Below, piece by piece: positions 53,624 through 63,462 of a DNA stretch of 64,000 bases. This stretch comes from Planctomycetota bacterium. Lineage in GTDB: Bacteria; Planctomycetota; UBA1135. The stretch is taken from positions 81,988-145,987 of the forward strand of contig JASMMA010000003.1 in assembly GCA_030748415.1 (NCBI GenBank), written 5' to 3'. Within the stretch, counting starts at the first letter, position 1, and the number at the start of each line of letters is the position of its first letter. The notes under the pieces are model-generated. The model was given only the letters and a program-made list of their open reading frames with translations, was not told where the DNA came from and searched no databases. Position numbers and translations under genes: made by a program.

Positions 53624-54763
53624 CTACCGAAAACTGGCCAAAGTTCCCCCTCGGATTGCCTCAAGCTCATCCAAAACACCTTCCGACTCTGCATTCACAC
53701 AAGCCAACCACTCGCGCTGTCCATCCGAACGGCGATAAAGCGGGTCGTAGTAGTGCTCCAGGAGAGCGTGGGCAACTTTGGGCCACTCACCCTGGTCCAA
53801 CCAGAGCTGAAGTTTTCCGGTCCACTTTGCTTCAAGCCGTTCCTTAAAAAATGGGAGCCGATCTCGCACTCGCTTCAAGTGCTCCCGCGTGCTTGCATAG
53901 TCTTCTCCCAATACATTTACGCGAAAAGAATCACTCGCTTCGATACGAACGGAAGAGCCCGCTTCCATAGCTTGGAAGATTGTTCTAGGAATAATTGAGT
54001 CCCCAACCTTTCGGCTCTCCCCTTCCACAAACCATGGAGGCGGGCCCATCTCCAAAAGGCGGTGCGCGAGGGAAGAATCAAAAGATTTTTGACTCTTCGG
54101 GTTGAGACCAATTGCGCCAAGAACCGATGAACGGTGACCTGCGCAATCTTCCAAATCAAGCGTGGAGCCTGGGTTTTTCTTTTCAAGGCCACGAAGCAAT
54201 CGTGTTTTCCCAACACCCGTTGGACCTCGAAGAACAACAAGGGGTGTGGCCGGGTCAAATCTATGAAGTACTCTGCGAACCCAGGAACGGTATCCCCGAT
54301 AACCGTCTTGGAGGTGGAACACATGAGAGTGACCCAGCTCCCTCAATAAAGCAATAACCGCGCAGGAACGCATTCCTCCGCGCCAACAGTGAATCAAAAT
54401 GGGGTTCTTTGAAACAAAAGAAAACTCCGCCCTTTCGGCCACGATGGATTGCACCAATGGAGTTAATTTTTGAAACTTGGGCAGCCACTCCTTGCGCGGA
54501 ACGGGTGCGCCCAATATTTCTTCCAACATGCCTCCTATTCGTTCCTTCGCAAGAGCCAATCCTTCCCGGTAAGCTGCTTCTGGTGATTCTTGTTTGTAAA
54601 GCGTTCCAACAATGGTGCGCTGGTCATTTTCAAAAAGGGGGAAATTTATCGCCCCGGGAATGTGGTCGTCTTCGAACTCAGCAGGGCTTCGAACATCCAC
54701 CACGCGCAGGCCCGAAAGGGTGCGAGCATCCTCAAAAGAAAGGCTGGGAATGTTCATGGGCAC
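53624..54763 (-). CDS. selU: tRNA 2-selenouridine synthase
   Basis: A rhodanese domain carries the active-site motif CWRGGMRS, followed by the P-loop GPTGVGKT and LLEHYYDPLYRRS. It is collinear with E. coli YbbB/MnmH as I recall it. Confidence 0.85.
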   Translation of the reverse strand: MPMNIPSLSFEDARTLSGLRVVDVRSPAEFEDDHIPGAINFPLFENDQRTIVGTLYKQESPEAAYREGLALAKERIGGMLEEILGAPVPRKEWLPKFQKLTPLVQSIVAERAEFSFVSKNPILIHCWRGGMRSCAVIALLRELGHSHVFHLQDGYRGYRSWVRRVLHRFDPATPLVVLRGPTGVGKTRLLRGLEKKNPGSTLDLEDCAGHRSSVLGAIGLNPKSQKSFDSSLAHRLLEMGPPPWFVEGESRKVGDSIIPRTIFQAMEAGSSVRIEASDSFRVNVLGEDYASTREHLKRVRDRLPFFKERLEAKWTGKLQLWLDQGEWPKVAHALLEHYYDPLYRRSDGQREWLACVNAESEGVLDELEAIRGGTLASFR

Positions 54764-54860
54764 GGGGAAAACCGCTATTCAGAGAGATTTTAACCAGTTT
54801 TTCCACCAAATCTCCCTATTTGCCGCAACAATAGAGAGCCCCCCTCTGTCTTTAAGAAAC

Positions 54861-57260
54861 ATGCTGCAACTTCTCCTACTTCCCCTCCTGCTCTCCCCTC
54901 AAGGCTCTCTTTCTTCCGGCCCAGACAACTTTGTGGTTAAGCCCGAACTTCGCGAGGTCATTCGAGTTGCCCCCCTTGAACACCATCGCGCCTACATTGT
55001 TATGACTGAGCAACCCGATGCGGCTGCTCTGCGCGAACAATTCGCCCACCTTCCGCGAGGCGAACGCCAACTTGCCCTTTCGAGCGAACTTCGTTCCTTC
55101 TCAGAGATCTCTCAAGCCGCTTTACGCGAAGCCGCCTCTCTTCTCGCGTCCCAGGGTCATATCTCATGGTCTGAACCGCTTTGGATTGCAAACAGCTTCC
55201 GCGTTGAAGCCGACGCAATCGCTTTTGAAACTTTAGCCGCAATTCCTGGTGTTTCTTATATTCAATACGACCCCATACGAGATCCAATGGAAATGCAAGA
55301 CATTCCATTGAGCGTTGCTATCCAACAGCGCGCAGCCGCAGGTACCTCGAACGGAAATGGTCGGGCGACAACTTATTACTTTGAAGACTTTGAATCTGGT
55401 TCTCTTGGCCCCGAATGGGCCACAACAACAACTGCATGTGGGCGGGAACAAATTACATCTTCGTTCGGTCCTTTCGCGGGGAACAAACACTGGGTCTGCG
55501 ACAGCTCCTCAAATGGCTGCTACAGCACAGTTACTTTGACTTTAACTGTTGACCTTTCTTCTCAATCTACTGTCAAGCTTCAATACGCGTTTAAAGATTT
55601 GAATGACGAGTTCAATAATGGCTCAGATATTCTTGAGGCATCTGATGATGGTGGAGCAACATGGAAAAAGATTGCTGACTTGACCGGAAGCAACAACTCA
55701 TATCTCTTAATGGCTCACGACCTTGATACTTTGGGTCTGAATTATGTTTCCAACTTTATGATTCGTTGGTCTTGGTACGACAACTACGGCGCCGACACCG
55801 ACGGTTTCGCATTTGACAATATTGAGCTTGCAGATTACTTCCCGCCACCGCCGCCGCCATCTCCCGAACCAAACCTTGTTAAGCACCAAGCTCCAGACCT
55901 CTGGGGGATTGGTATCGACGGAAGCGGGGCCGTTCTTCTGAACATTGACTCGGGAACGGATCGCAGCCACCCTGACCTTGCAAACCGAATCTGGACCAAC
56001 CCCAACGACCCCGTTGATGGCGTGGACAATGACGGAAACGGTTATGTGGATGACTATTGGGGTTGGAATTTCTCCAGCAACAACAACAATCCGAGTGGTG
56101 GCGGCCACGGCACCAGCACCGCCGGAATCATGGTTGGTGATGGCGCCGGTGGGGTTCGCCAAACCGGCATGGCTCCAGGTGCAAGTCTTGCTGTTTGCCA
56201 ACTCGGCAGTGAAGCTGATCATTGGGGCGCCCTTCAGTGGGGCCTTTCAGTTGCTGTGGACTGCTCTTCCTCTTCTTACTCCTACAAGTGGCCCTTCTCG
56301 CCACGCCCGGACTACCACCAACATCGCGCGGTTTCTGAAATGGTGTTGGCTGGTGGTCAAATCCATTGCAACTCCATTGGAAACCAAGGGGGCTCCTCCA
56401 GCTACCCCATCCCCTTTAATATCTCTGCCCCTGGCAATGTGCCTGGGCCTTGGGTTCATCCCCAGCAAGTTGATGGCGGCATTGCGGCAGTTCTTGGTTG
56501 CTGTGGAATCCGCGTGGGCGACGAAACCTACTACGACCCAAGTGGCCGAGGTCCCGCAGCTTGGGAAGACATCAAAATCTATGATTCCAGCTATCCCCAT
56601 AACCAAAACCAAAGTTATTGGGATTACCCGGCAGGCGGGTGGAACCTTCCACAAGCAGGGTTACTGAAACCGGACATCGCTGGATATACCGATGGCTGTT
56701 ACACCACATCCGATGGCGGAGGTCACTCCACTTTTAGTGGGACCTCTTGTGCAACTCCCCATATCGGTGGCTCTACTGCCCTCATGATCTCTGCAAATCC
56801 GCACGCTGAGCCTCGTCACATTAGTGCCGCCTTGCAACTGGCCGCTCTAGATAAAGGCGCTACTGGAAAAGATGCTTATTGGGGTTCAGGCGTTGCAAAG
56901 GTTTACGACGCAGCAATGCGCCTGATTCACCTTGCCGTCCCTGACCAGCAAACTGCCTCCCTTGGCTCAACTGTAAACATCAACATGAGTGGCCCGGCCG
57001 GTGCCACATATGGGTTGTTCTATTCGCTTTCCTTGGGCACCACTACGCTTCCCGGAATTGGTGACCTAGATTTGGCAAATGGCGTTCTCATAAAAGTTGC
57101 GAACTTGAATGCCGCGGGTCAGTCCACATTTGTTGGCGTTGTTCCAAACAACCCACTTCTTGTAGGCCAAACAATCTACATTCAATCTGTTTGTAACGAC
57201 TTGGCCGGAGCCACTGGCCAAGCTCTCTTCTCTTTAGTCGAGCAGGTCGAAATTCAATAA
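54861..57260 (+). CDS. Secreted S8 serine peptidase with the shared C-terminal domain
   Basis: ATG 54861 gives the signal peptide MLQLLLLPLLLSP. The triad contexts are DSGTDRSHPDL, GHGTSTAG and GTSCATPHIGG. The C-terminus carries VPNNPLLVGQTIYIQSV. The track start at 54612 would overlap selU. Confidence 0.88.
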   Translation: MLQLLLLPLLLSPQGSLSSGPDNFVVKPELREVIRVAPLEHHRAYIVMTEQPDAAALREQFAHLPRGERQLALSSELRSFSEISQAALREAASLLASQGHISWSEPLWIANSFRVEADAIAFETLAAIPGVSYIQYDPIRDPMEMQDIPLSVAIQQRAAAGTSNGNGRATTYYFEDFESGSLGPEWATTTTACGREQITSSFGPFAGNKHWVCDSSSNGCYSTVTLTLTVDLSSQSTVKLQYAFKDLNDEFNNGSDILEASDDGGATWKKIADLTGSNNSYLLMAHDLDTLGLNYVSNFMIRWSWYDNYGADTDGFAFDNIELADYFPPPPPPSPEPNLVKHQAPDLWGIGIDGSGAVLLNIDSGTDRSHPDLANRIWTNPNDPVDGVDNDGNGYVDDYWGWNFSSNNNNPSGGGHGTSTAGIMVGDGAGGVRQTGMAPGASLAVCQLGSEADHWGALQWGLSVAVDCSSSSYSYKWPFSPRPDYHQHRAVSEMVLAGGQIHCNSIGNQGGSSSYPIPFNISAPGNVPGPWVHPQQVDGGIAAVLGCCGIRVGDETYYDPSGRGPAAWEDIKIYDSSYPHNQNQSYWDYPAGGWNLPQAGLLKPDIAGYTDGCYTTSDGGGHSTFSGTSCATPHIGGSTALMISANPHAEPRHISAALQLAALDKGATGKDAYWGSGVAKVYDAAMRLIHLAVPDQQTASLGSTVNINMSGPAGATYGLFYSLSLGTTTLPGIGDLDLANGVLIKVANLNAAGQSTFVGVVPNNPLLVGQTIYIQSVCNDLAGATGQALFSLVEQVEIQ

Positions 57261-59308
57261 TCGGTTTCTTCGGAGTCGCCTCCATAACCAAGCGCTTCAA
57301 GACTTGCTTGTTCAGCGGCCCCCATTTCGACCACTCCTCGGCCAACCTCTGGGATTGATGCACGCAGTTCGTCAAGCTTGGCGCTCATTTCTGCAGCACG
57401 AGCAGGCTCGGTAGCAAAGTAATTCACCGCATCACCTGTTTTGGTGGAAAACAAGAACTCGTGTTTGCCTGAAACCGACCGAACATATTTCCATTCCCCT
57501 TCTTGATAGCCCATGAGCCTATTTTCCTCGCGAGAAAGCCCGTAGGCTTCCATGTAAAGCGGGTAATCTTCAAGCGCCTCCCCTTTGGTAAGTGGCTGAA
57601 GACTTCGGCCCTGGATTCCTTCTGGCACTTGGATTCCCGCTAATTCACATAAGGTGGGAAGTAAGTCAATGTGCGAGGCAATGGTCTTCGACCTTGTGCC
57701 TGCCGTTGAGCCTGGTGCGCGCAACACACCTACAACATGTTGAGTTGCAGCGTATAAGCTCGGCGCGTGCAAAACTTTGATTCCTCCCTTTCCAAACAGT
57801 TCTGGAACATCGCTACCTTCACCAAAACATTCGCCGTGGTCCGAAACAACTGCCACGATTGTATTTGAAAGGCCTGGATCTCGAAGCTCAAGAGATTCAA
57901 GTAAGCGGCCTAACTGGCTATCCAAAAAAGCCACCTCGCCTCGCTGAAGGACAAGGCTCTCTTCGCAATCAGGATTCACCGCGTGGGGGCCTTCATTTTT
58001 TCCAGAAAGAGCTGCTGCGCGGAACGGAAGGTATTCCTCGCTACTTTCCCTGGGGTCGTGTGCGTCGAAAAGGTGGACCCAGGCAAAAACTGGGCGAGTT
58101 TGGCCGGCAATCCATTCAATCGCTCGATTGGTCGTTGTGGCTCCAGGTGTCGTTGCTGCAGCAGAATCCAATCCTGCAGGGAACAATCGATCGCAAATCG
58201 CAACCGTTCGAATAGAGAAGCCCGCCATAACACCTATCAAGCTAGCTGTCTCTCCGGCGCGGTCGTCAAAGTGTTGAAAGCCGCGGGAAAACCCTTTGTC
58301 CCGACCAATTACAGGCCGCGCCGAGATAAAGGCGCCTGTGGACCAGCCTCCGTTATGGAAAAGTTCAGGAAGCCGAGGTGTCTTCAGGACCGGCGCAGTG
58401 TCCCCGTTGTCCCGAAGCCCATGGCTTGGGGGATACATCCCTGTCAACATGCTGTTGTGCGCTGGAGCAGTAATCGGAGCAATGCTCTGCCAGTTTTCAA
58501 ACACGTGTCCCTGTTCAGCCAGACTGTGAAGGTTGGGTGTTTCTAGTCCGCCGCCACCATAAAGCGGAAGCGTGTCTGCGCGAACAGTATCCCAACTCAC
58601 CAGTATTACATTCGGAGAGCCGTCTGGCGCTACTACGGTTGGCCCCGGACTCTTAAGTGCGCCCCCTTGAAGGGAGAAATGAAGGTAGGCCGCCGAAACA
58701 AGTGGAACAAGAAGAAGCCACGCTGCCGTTTTCCGTATAAGGAGGTTTAACTCTTTGGGCTGGCTTCTCGGCAACAAAAAACCAAGACCAAGAATGAGTG
58801 CAAAAGAAACGAACCAATGCCAGTCGTTACTCAAGTTCAATCCATAATCAAACAAACTGACCCAGCCGCGTTCATCCAATTTTTGAGGGTCGTTATGGGT
58901 AAATTGTCGAAGGCGTAAAACAAGATATGCAATCAACAAACCTGAAAAGGCGCAACTTGCTTTGTTTGTTCTTTCTGCTCGAGTGCCCAACCAAAAAAGA
59001 GTGGTGAGGGCAACGCCGGCAATAAGCCATGCCCAACCATCGGCGCCTACATAAAGTTGTCGGCGTAAGTGCAAAACAAAAACACAGCCCAGGAGTGTTG
59101 CTAAATCCCAGGGAAGTTTGCCGGAAAGGGGGAGCTTGGATGCCAGCCAGCCCAATGAGCCATACACAAGAACTGGGGCAAGAAGTGCCATTGCCCAAAA
59201 AAGAGGCGTCTCGGCAAAATGCGCGGATGCCGAGAGCACAAGGCCAGCCTCAAAGGAGGCAACTGCCCAGCCGCAAAGGATGGCTCTTGATGTTTTCATC
59301 ACCGGCAT
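57254..59308 (-). CDS. Membrane-anchored alkaline-phosphatase-superfamily (sulfatase-like, LtaS/EptA-type) enzyme
   Basis: A polytopic N-terminus of about 230 aa is followed by WDTVRADTL and ITAPAHNSMLTG. A Thr replaces the sulfatase Cys/Ser, as in phospho-transferases. Confidence 0.7.
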   Translation of the reverse strand: MPVMKTSRAILCGWAVASFEAGLVLSASAHFAETPLFWAMALLAPVLVYGSLGWLASKLPLSGKLPWDLATLLGCVFVLHLRRQLYVGADGWAWLIAGVALTTLFWLGTRAERTNKASCAFSGLLIAYLVLRLRQFTHNDPQKLDERGWVSLFDYGLNLSNDWHWFVSFALILGLGFLLPRSQPKELNLLIRKTAAWLLLVPLVSAAYLHFSLQGGALKSPGPTVVAPDGSPNVILVSWDTVRADTLPLYGGGGLETPNLHSLAEQGHVFENWQSIAPITAPAHNSMLTGMYPPSHGLRDNGDTAPVLKTPRLPELFHNGGWSTGAFISARPVIGRDKGFSRGFQHFDDRAGETASLIGVMAGFSIRTVAICDRLFPAGLDSAAATTPGATTTNRAIEWIAGQTRPVFAWVHLFDAHDPRESSEEYLPFRAAALSGKNEGPHAVNPDCEESLVLQRGEVAFLDSQLGRLLESLELRDPGLSNTIVAVVSDHGECFGEGSDVPELFGKGGIKVLHAPSLYAATQHVVGVLRAPGSTAGTRSKTIASHIDLLPTLCELAGIQVPEGIQGRSLQPLTKGEALEDYPLYMEAYGLSREENRLMGYQEGEWKYVRSVSGKHEFLFSTKTGDAVNYFATEPARAAEMSAKLDELRASIPEVGRGVVEMGAAEQASLEALGYGGDSEETDY

Positions 59309-59332
59309 ATTATGACGCGCCGGGGGAAATCT

Positions 59333-60049
59333 TTAGTGGCGTTTAGCGGAGCGCCCGTGGGGGGCTTTAATCACAGCGCTCTTTGGCTCTCCCGATTTGA
59401 GCCGCTGAAGAGCCATATAAAATTCGGGGCCCGGAAGAACGGATAAAAATTCGATATCCGTTTCGGTCAATCCCCATTCCTGGAACAGCCCCGCTTTGGA
59501 AGCATTGGCGAAAGTGCGCCACCTGCTTATTTCTTGGAGTACTGTGGCTTGCACAATCGGTGTCGTTGTATTGAGAAAGCCTGATAATGCGTTGCCAATC
59601 CAGCCCTCGGAGGCCAAAACAGAAAGTCGTTCTTGGATTCCTTGCGCCCGATGCTCTTGGACAAACCGGCGGGCAACCATGAGGCGCACATGAATCGGTC
59701 GATTGTGAAGTTTGTCATGGGCGCCGGGAATACGGTCTCGGAGGTGGCGCTCGTGTCTCTCAAACCGCCCCCGAAGCATTCGGTCAAAATATTGGCGGCG
59801 ATCATGGTGGGACATGGACTCAATTTCCTTTCTGCCTTCTGGGTCCATCCTTTCCAATTCGTGTTTTTTTAGACGACGAACTGCGGCCGATCTGCGACGC
59901 ATTTCTTCGCGAGCCTCAGGCGGCATTTCTCGATACCTTTGGATGCGTTGCCGCATTTCTACCTGCTGTTCAGGGGTTAGTTTGTTCCACCACTCAGCGG
60001 CCTCAGGGGCCGGAGCTTGTGGCAAACAAAGAAGAACAAGGCTAAACAT
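59333..60049 (-). CDS. Secreted Arg/Glu-rich protein, DUF3106-like N-terminus
   Basis: ATG 60049 overlaps the upstream stop (UGAUG) and gives the signal peptide MFSLVLLCLPQAPA. WWNKLTPEQQVEMRQRIQRYREMPPEAREEMRRR resembles DUF3106 repeats. Confidence 0.5.
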   Translation of the reverse strand: MFSLVLLCLPQAPAPEAAEWWNKLTPEQQVEMRQRIQRYREMPPEAREEMRRRSAAVRRLKKHELERMDPEGRKEIESMSHHDRRQYFDRMLRGRFERHERHLRDRIPGAHDKLHNRPIHVRLMVARRFVQEHRAQGIQERLSVLASEGWIGNALSGFLNTTTPIVQATVLQEISRWRTFANASKAGLFQEWGLTETDIEFLSVLPGPEFYMALQRLKSGEPKSAVIKAPHGRSAKRH

Positions 60050-60420
60050 CAGTCTTCCAGGGTTGGATCCCAAGCACCAGAGGCCGCATCGGCTAAGCTC
60101 AAATCGAGGGAGTCATCTGCGACAAGCTCCCAAGACTCCAATACCTCTTGAGCTTGAAACATCTCGGCCATCTCAGCGGCGGAAACGGCTGTGGTGGCTG
60201 GACCTTCTTGAATGGTCGAAATTTCTGGACGACCTTTTCCAAGCCAGAAACCAAAGGAAAGAAGAAGGACAGCAGCGGTAGCTTTGGGCAGCCAACGACT
60301 CCTCGGGTGGTGCAAAAGATTCCCCTCTTGGTCGAGGCGAGAATCCAACCTCGAACTAAAGCCCGAAGGAACCGGCGCGCCAGGGTGTTGGTCGAGAATG
60401 TCGTCTATCCAGTCAGTCAT
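60049..60420 (-). CDS. Putative anti-sigma factor (single TM)
   Basis: ATG 60420 overlaps the sigma gene's stop (ATGACTGA). There is one TM (ATAAVLLLSFGFWLG). Confidence 0.45.
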   Translation of the reverse strand: MTDWIDDILDQHPGAPVPSGFSSRLDSRLDQEGNLLHHPRSRWLPKATAAVLLLSFGFWLGKGRPEISTIQEGPATTAVSAAEMAEMFQAQEVLESWELVADDSLDLSLADAASGAWDPTLED

Positions 60421-60997
60421 TTTCAGCCTCTCGGTAGGGGGCAAGAAGAAGGCGCATGTTTTCTCTTGCTCTGTGGCAAAGAGATTTCGCGGCTTTTGGG
60501 CTTATCCCGAGAACTTCACCGATTTCATTTAAATCAAAATCGTCGAAATGTTGGAACACCAGGGCGGACCTTTGGTTCTCTGGAAGTTTTTGAAGGGCGG
60601 ATTCCACCAAAACAGACCAAGACTCCCTATCTGGGGCCTCAAACGGTGTTTCGGTGGATGTGTCCTCGAGCGGAAGGGATGTGCCTTCAGGCGAAACGGG
60701 AAGTGGTTTGGTTGGCTTCCGGTTTCGATCGCGAATGTTATTCAGGGCGAGGTTATAGGAAATTCGGTAGAGATAGGTGCTTAGGCGACCGGTCGGCTGA
60801 TATCGTTCGCGAGCACGCCAAAGTCGGATAAATGTTTCTTGGGCAATATCCTCAATTGCGGCTGCCGGCCCAAGGATTCTCCGAAGCAATCCAAAAACTG
60901 GTGCTTGGTAAGTTTCAACGATTCGCTGAAAGGCAGCACGATCTCCACCTTTAGCGGCAATCATCCACTCAACTCCGGGGTCTGGCTCGTTAGTCAC
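60413..60997 (-). CDS. ECF sigma-70 family factor
   Basis: Region 2 is FQRIVETYQAPVFGLLRRILG..EDIAQETFIRLW and STYLYRISYNLALNNIRD. Region 4 is LVFQHFDDFDLNEIGEVLGISPKAAKSLCHRAR. Confidence 0.85.
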   Translation of the reverse strand: MTNEPDPGVEWMIAAKGGDRAAFQRIVETYQAPVFGLLRRILGPAAAIEDIAQETFIRLWRARERYQPTGRLSTYLYRISYNLALNNIRDRNRKPTKPLPVSPEGTSLPLEDTSTETPFEAPDRESWSVLVESALQKLPENQRSALVFQHFDDFDLNEIGEVLGISPKAAKSLCHRARENMRLLLAPYREAEND

Positions 60998-62027
60998 AGT
61001 TCGCTACCGAAGGCCTAGACAAGCGGGGGCCAATCCGGCCAAGGAAATCTTCCAGGCGGACGGGGCCATAGAAACGAGAATCGCGACTTTGGGAATGGTT
61101 ATCACCTAAGAGGAAATATTCATCCTCAGCCAACTGTAACTCCGAAGAGCTTGCGTAGGTTCCGTCTGCTTTTCGGAAACGGTCTCGAACAATTCGAATC
61201 CTGGAAATGGTGGAATTCTGTCCAGAAAAGCCTGCGTGCTCAGGCGGTGGACCACTTGGAACACCCACAAGTGGGATGTTGGGCTTTGAATCAAAGCTGA
61301 CGGGGTCCATGAGTAGGGTTTGGTTAAGGGTAGCGGTTAGTTGCTGATCTACTTTCGCAAAAAAGAGTGTGCCCGATTTGACTGGAGAAGAAAACTGAAC
61401 CGCTTTCAGCTGGGTTGTTCCCGAATGAAGGCTCGCTTCGTTTTCTGTAATCTTCAAATAGAATTGGTGAGCCCCTTCTCGCAAATTTAACGAAAGGGCG
61501 CCGCTCTTCTCAAAAGAAAAATGAACTGAAATGCCAAGGTCTGATGCAAAGAGTGGGCCGGGGCATAGTCGGCCATCAAGAAGAAACCCATTCTTTGGGT
61601 ATTCTCGAAGCGTCACCTGCTTAGAAACCTTTAGCTCACCTGAAGGGAGAAATTCGTTTTCTTCTACCGGAAAAAATTTGGCTATTTCTTCACCAGAAGC
61701 ATCTATCAGGGGAACCATCTCCTCGGGAGAGAATACCGGACGCTTGTTAACGGTGCCGTCGATGTACAAGTCGCCGTCAATAAGCTGTATTCGTTCTCCC
61801 GGAAGACCGACGACTCTTTTAACTGCAGCTTCACCAGTGTCGGGTTCTAGGAAATAAACTACTTCCCCCCTTTCGGGTCGGCTCGTTGTGGGCAAGCGTA
61901 AACGGTTTTCTCCGTCTAAGAGAGTTGGGAGCATCGAAACCCCTACTATTCGGATGGGTCTAAAAATCGCGGCAAAAGTACAAGCCACAATGAATAAAAG
62001 TAGGGCCGACTTGCGTTTGAGCTTCAA
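60990..62027 (-). CDS. lepB: Signal peptidase I
   Basis: An N-terminal TM is followed by the S26 boxes GVSMLPTL, KRVVGLPGERI and YFLLGDNHSQSRDSRFYG. Confidence 0.8.
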   Translation of the reverse strand: MKLKRKSALLLFIVACTFAAIFRPIRIVGVSMLPTLLDGENRLRLPTTSRPERGEVVYFLEPDTGEAAVKRVVGLPGERIQLIDGDLYIDGTVNKRPVFSPEEMVPLIDASGEEIAKFFPVEENEFLPSGELKVSKQVTLREYPKNGFLLDGRLCPGPLFASDLGISVHFSFEKSGALSLNLREGAHQFYLKITENEASLHSGTTQLKAVQFSSPVKSGTLFFAKVDQQLTATLNQTLLMDPVSFDSKPNIPLVGVPSGPPPEHAGFSGQNSTISRIRIVRDRFRKADGTYASSSELQLAEDEYFLLGDNHSQSRDSRFYGPVRLEDFLGRIGPRLSRPSVANCD

Positions 62028-63397
62028 CCTAAAAGGATGTGGGCTACACCAAAGAAAAGTAAAACAGATGACAGGTCACTAACAGCAATCATTACTGGGC
62101 CGGAAACAAGTGCTGGGTCAAGGCCGATGGCTTCAGAGCCCAGGGCGATTGAAGCGGAAGCCATCGCTGCCCAAGACATGGCGAGGAAAAGAGCAAGCCC
62201 CAAGGAACTCCCTACTTGCCAATCGCCACTTGCCAACAATGAAACTGCCGGTATTGCAAGAGCGCAAGAAAGTGCTCCAAGAGCGACACCAACTTGGACC
62301 TCTCCAAGGAATACTTTGACCCGCCGACCGGCTGTGACTTGGCCGACCGCGAACCCACGCACCAGAATCGCCGATGTTTGCGTTCCTACGGTTCCAGAAA
62401 GAGCCAGGACCATTGGAATGTAAGAGAGGATGGTCAGCCAATTCCCTTCACCATTTGATGTAGGCGCAAAATGATTCATGACTCGAGACATCGCTAGGCC
62501 GGCCATCACGGTCACAAACAGCATTGGGGCACGGTGGACAACACGAAGCCAGAAGCTTTCGCCAACTTCAGTTTCGCCACTGGCGCCCGCAAGGAGAAGA
62601 GCATCTTCGGAGCCCTCTTCTTCCAAGACCTCTAAAGCATCATCGGAGGTAACGATTCCAACTAAAACTCCTCGCGCATCAGATACTGGAATCGCAGCTA
62701 GATTGTAATGCAAAATCCGACGGGCGACATCTTCCTGGTCCTCATCAGTGCGTGCGAAAATCACATCGGGGTTGGCAACTTCGCCAACTTCTTGATGGAT
62801 ATTTGCTTCCAATAGCTCCCTTGCGGAAACCACGCCCTGAAGGTGCCCCTGTGGGCCAACCAAATAAAGAATGCTAATCGTCTCAGCGTGCTCTTCATCT
62901 CCGCGCTTGATTCGTTTCAGGACATCACCAATTTTCTCAACCGAAGAGATAGCAACGAATTCAGTGGTCATTAAGCCACCGGCGGTCTCTGGGTCGTAAG
63001 CAGAGAGTTGACGAAGATCCGACGCCTCTTGGGGCTCTACAAAAGAAAGGACTTCTTGTCGCCGAGTTTCTTCAATCTCTTCCAAAATGTCTGCACCATC
63101 ATCAGCAGAGATTTTGTTCAATAAGCCGCCCAGTTCGGCGGGAGGCATGTTTTCAGTCAGGCGTTGGACAAGCTGGGGCTCTGCTTCGGCCAACACTTCT
63201 GCAGCGAGTTCGGCTGGCAAAGTCTGGAAGGCCGAGCGCGCATCAGTTGCTGAAAAATCCAACCAAAGCACATCTGCAATATCTGCAGGGTGCAGGCCCT
63301 CGGTGGCGGCAAGCACGGACCCTTGGCCTTGCTCGATTTGATCGCGCAAGGTTTGGAGCACCTGTTGGCGCATTTCGCGGCGGCGGACGCGTGCCAT
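62024..63397 (-). CDS. mgtE: Magnesium transporter MgtE
   Basis: It has an N-domain, tandem CBS-like segments (GGLMTTEFVAIS.., AIPVSDARGVLVGIVTSDD) and a C-terminal 5-TM domain. Confidence 0.85.
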   Translation of the reverse strand: MARVRRREMRQQVLQTLRDQIEQGQGSVLAATEGLHPADIADVLWLDFSATDARSAFQTLPAELAAEVLAEAEPQLVQRLTENMPPAELGGLLNKISADDGADILEEIEETRRQEVLSFVEPQEASDLRQLSAYDPETAGGLMTTEFVAISSVEKIGDVLKRIKRGDEEHAETISILYLVGPQGHLQGVVSARELLEANIHQEVGEVANPDVIFARTDEDQEDVARRILHYNLAAIPVSDARGVLVGIVTSDDALEVLEEEGSEDALLLAGASGETEVGESFWLRVVHRAPMLFVTVMAGLAMSRVMNHFAPTSNGEGNWLTILSYIPMVLALSGTVGTQTSAILVRGFAVGQVTAGRRVKVFLGEVQVGVALGALSCALAIPAVSLLASGDWQVGSSLGLALFLAMSWAAMASASIALGSEAIGLDPALVSGPVMIAVSDLSSVLLFFGVAHILLG

Positions 63398-63462
63398 AGC
63401 GAGAGATTATAGGGGCAAACCTCGCCGGCCGCCCTTTGGAGGCGGGGCTACAATGCTTCGCA

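Noticed and set aside
63398-63462. M-box (Mg2+) riboswitch upstream of mgtE
   Set aside because: The intergenic space before the divergent gene is only 65 bp, too short for an M-box of about 160 nt.
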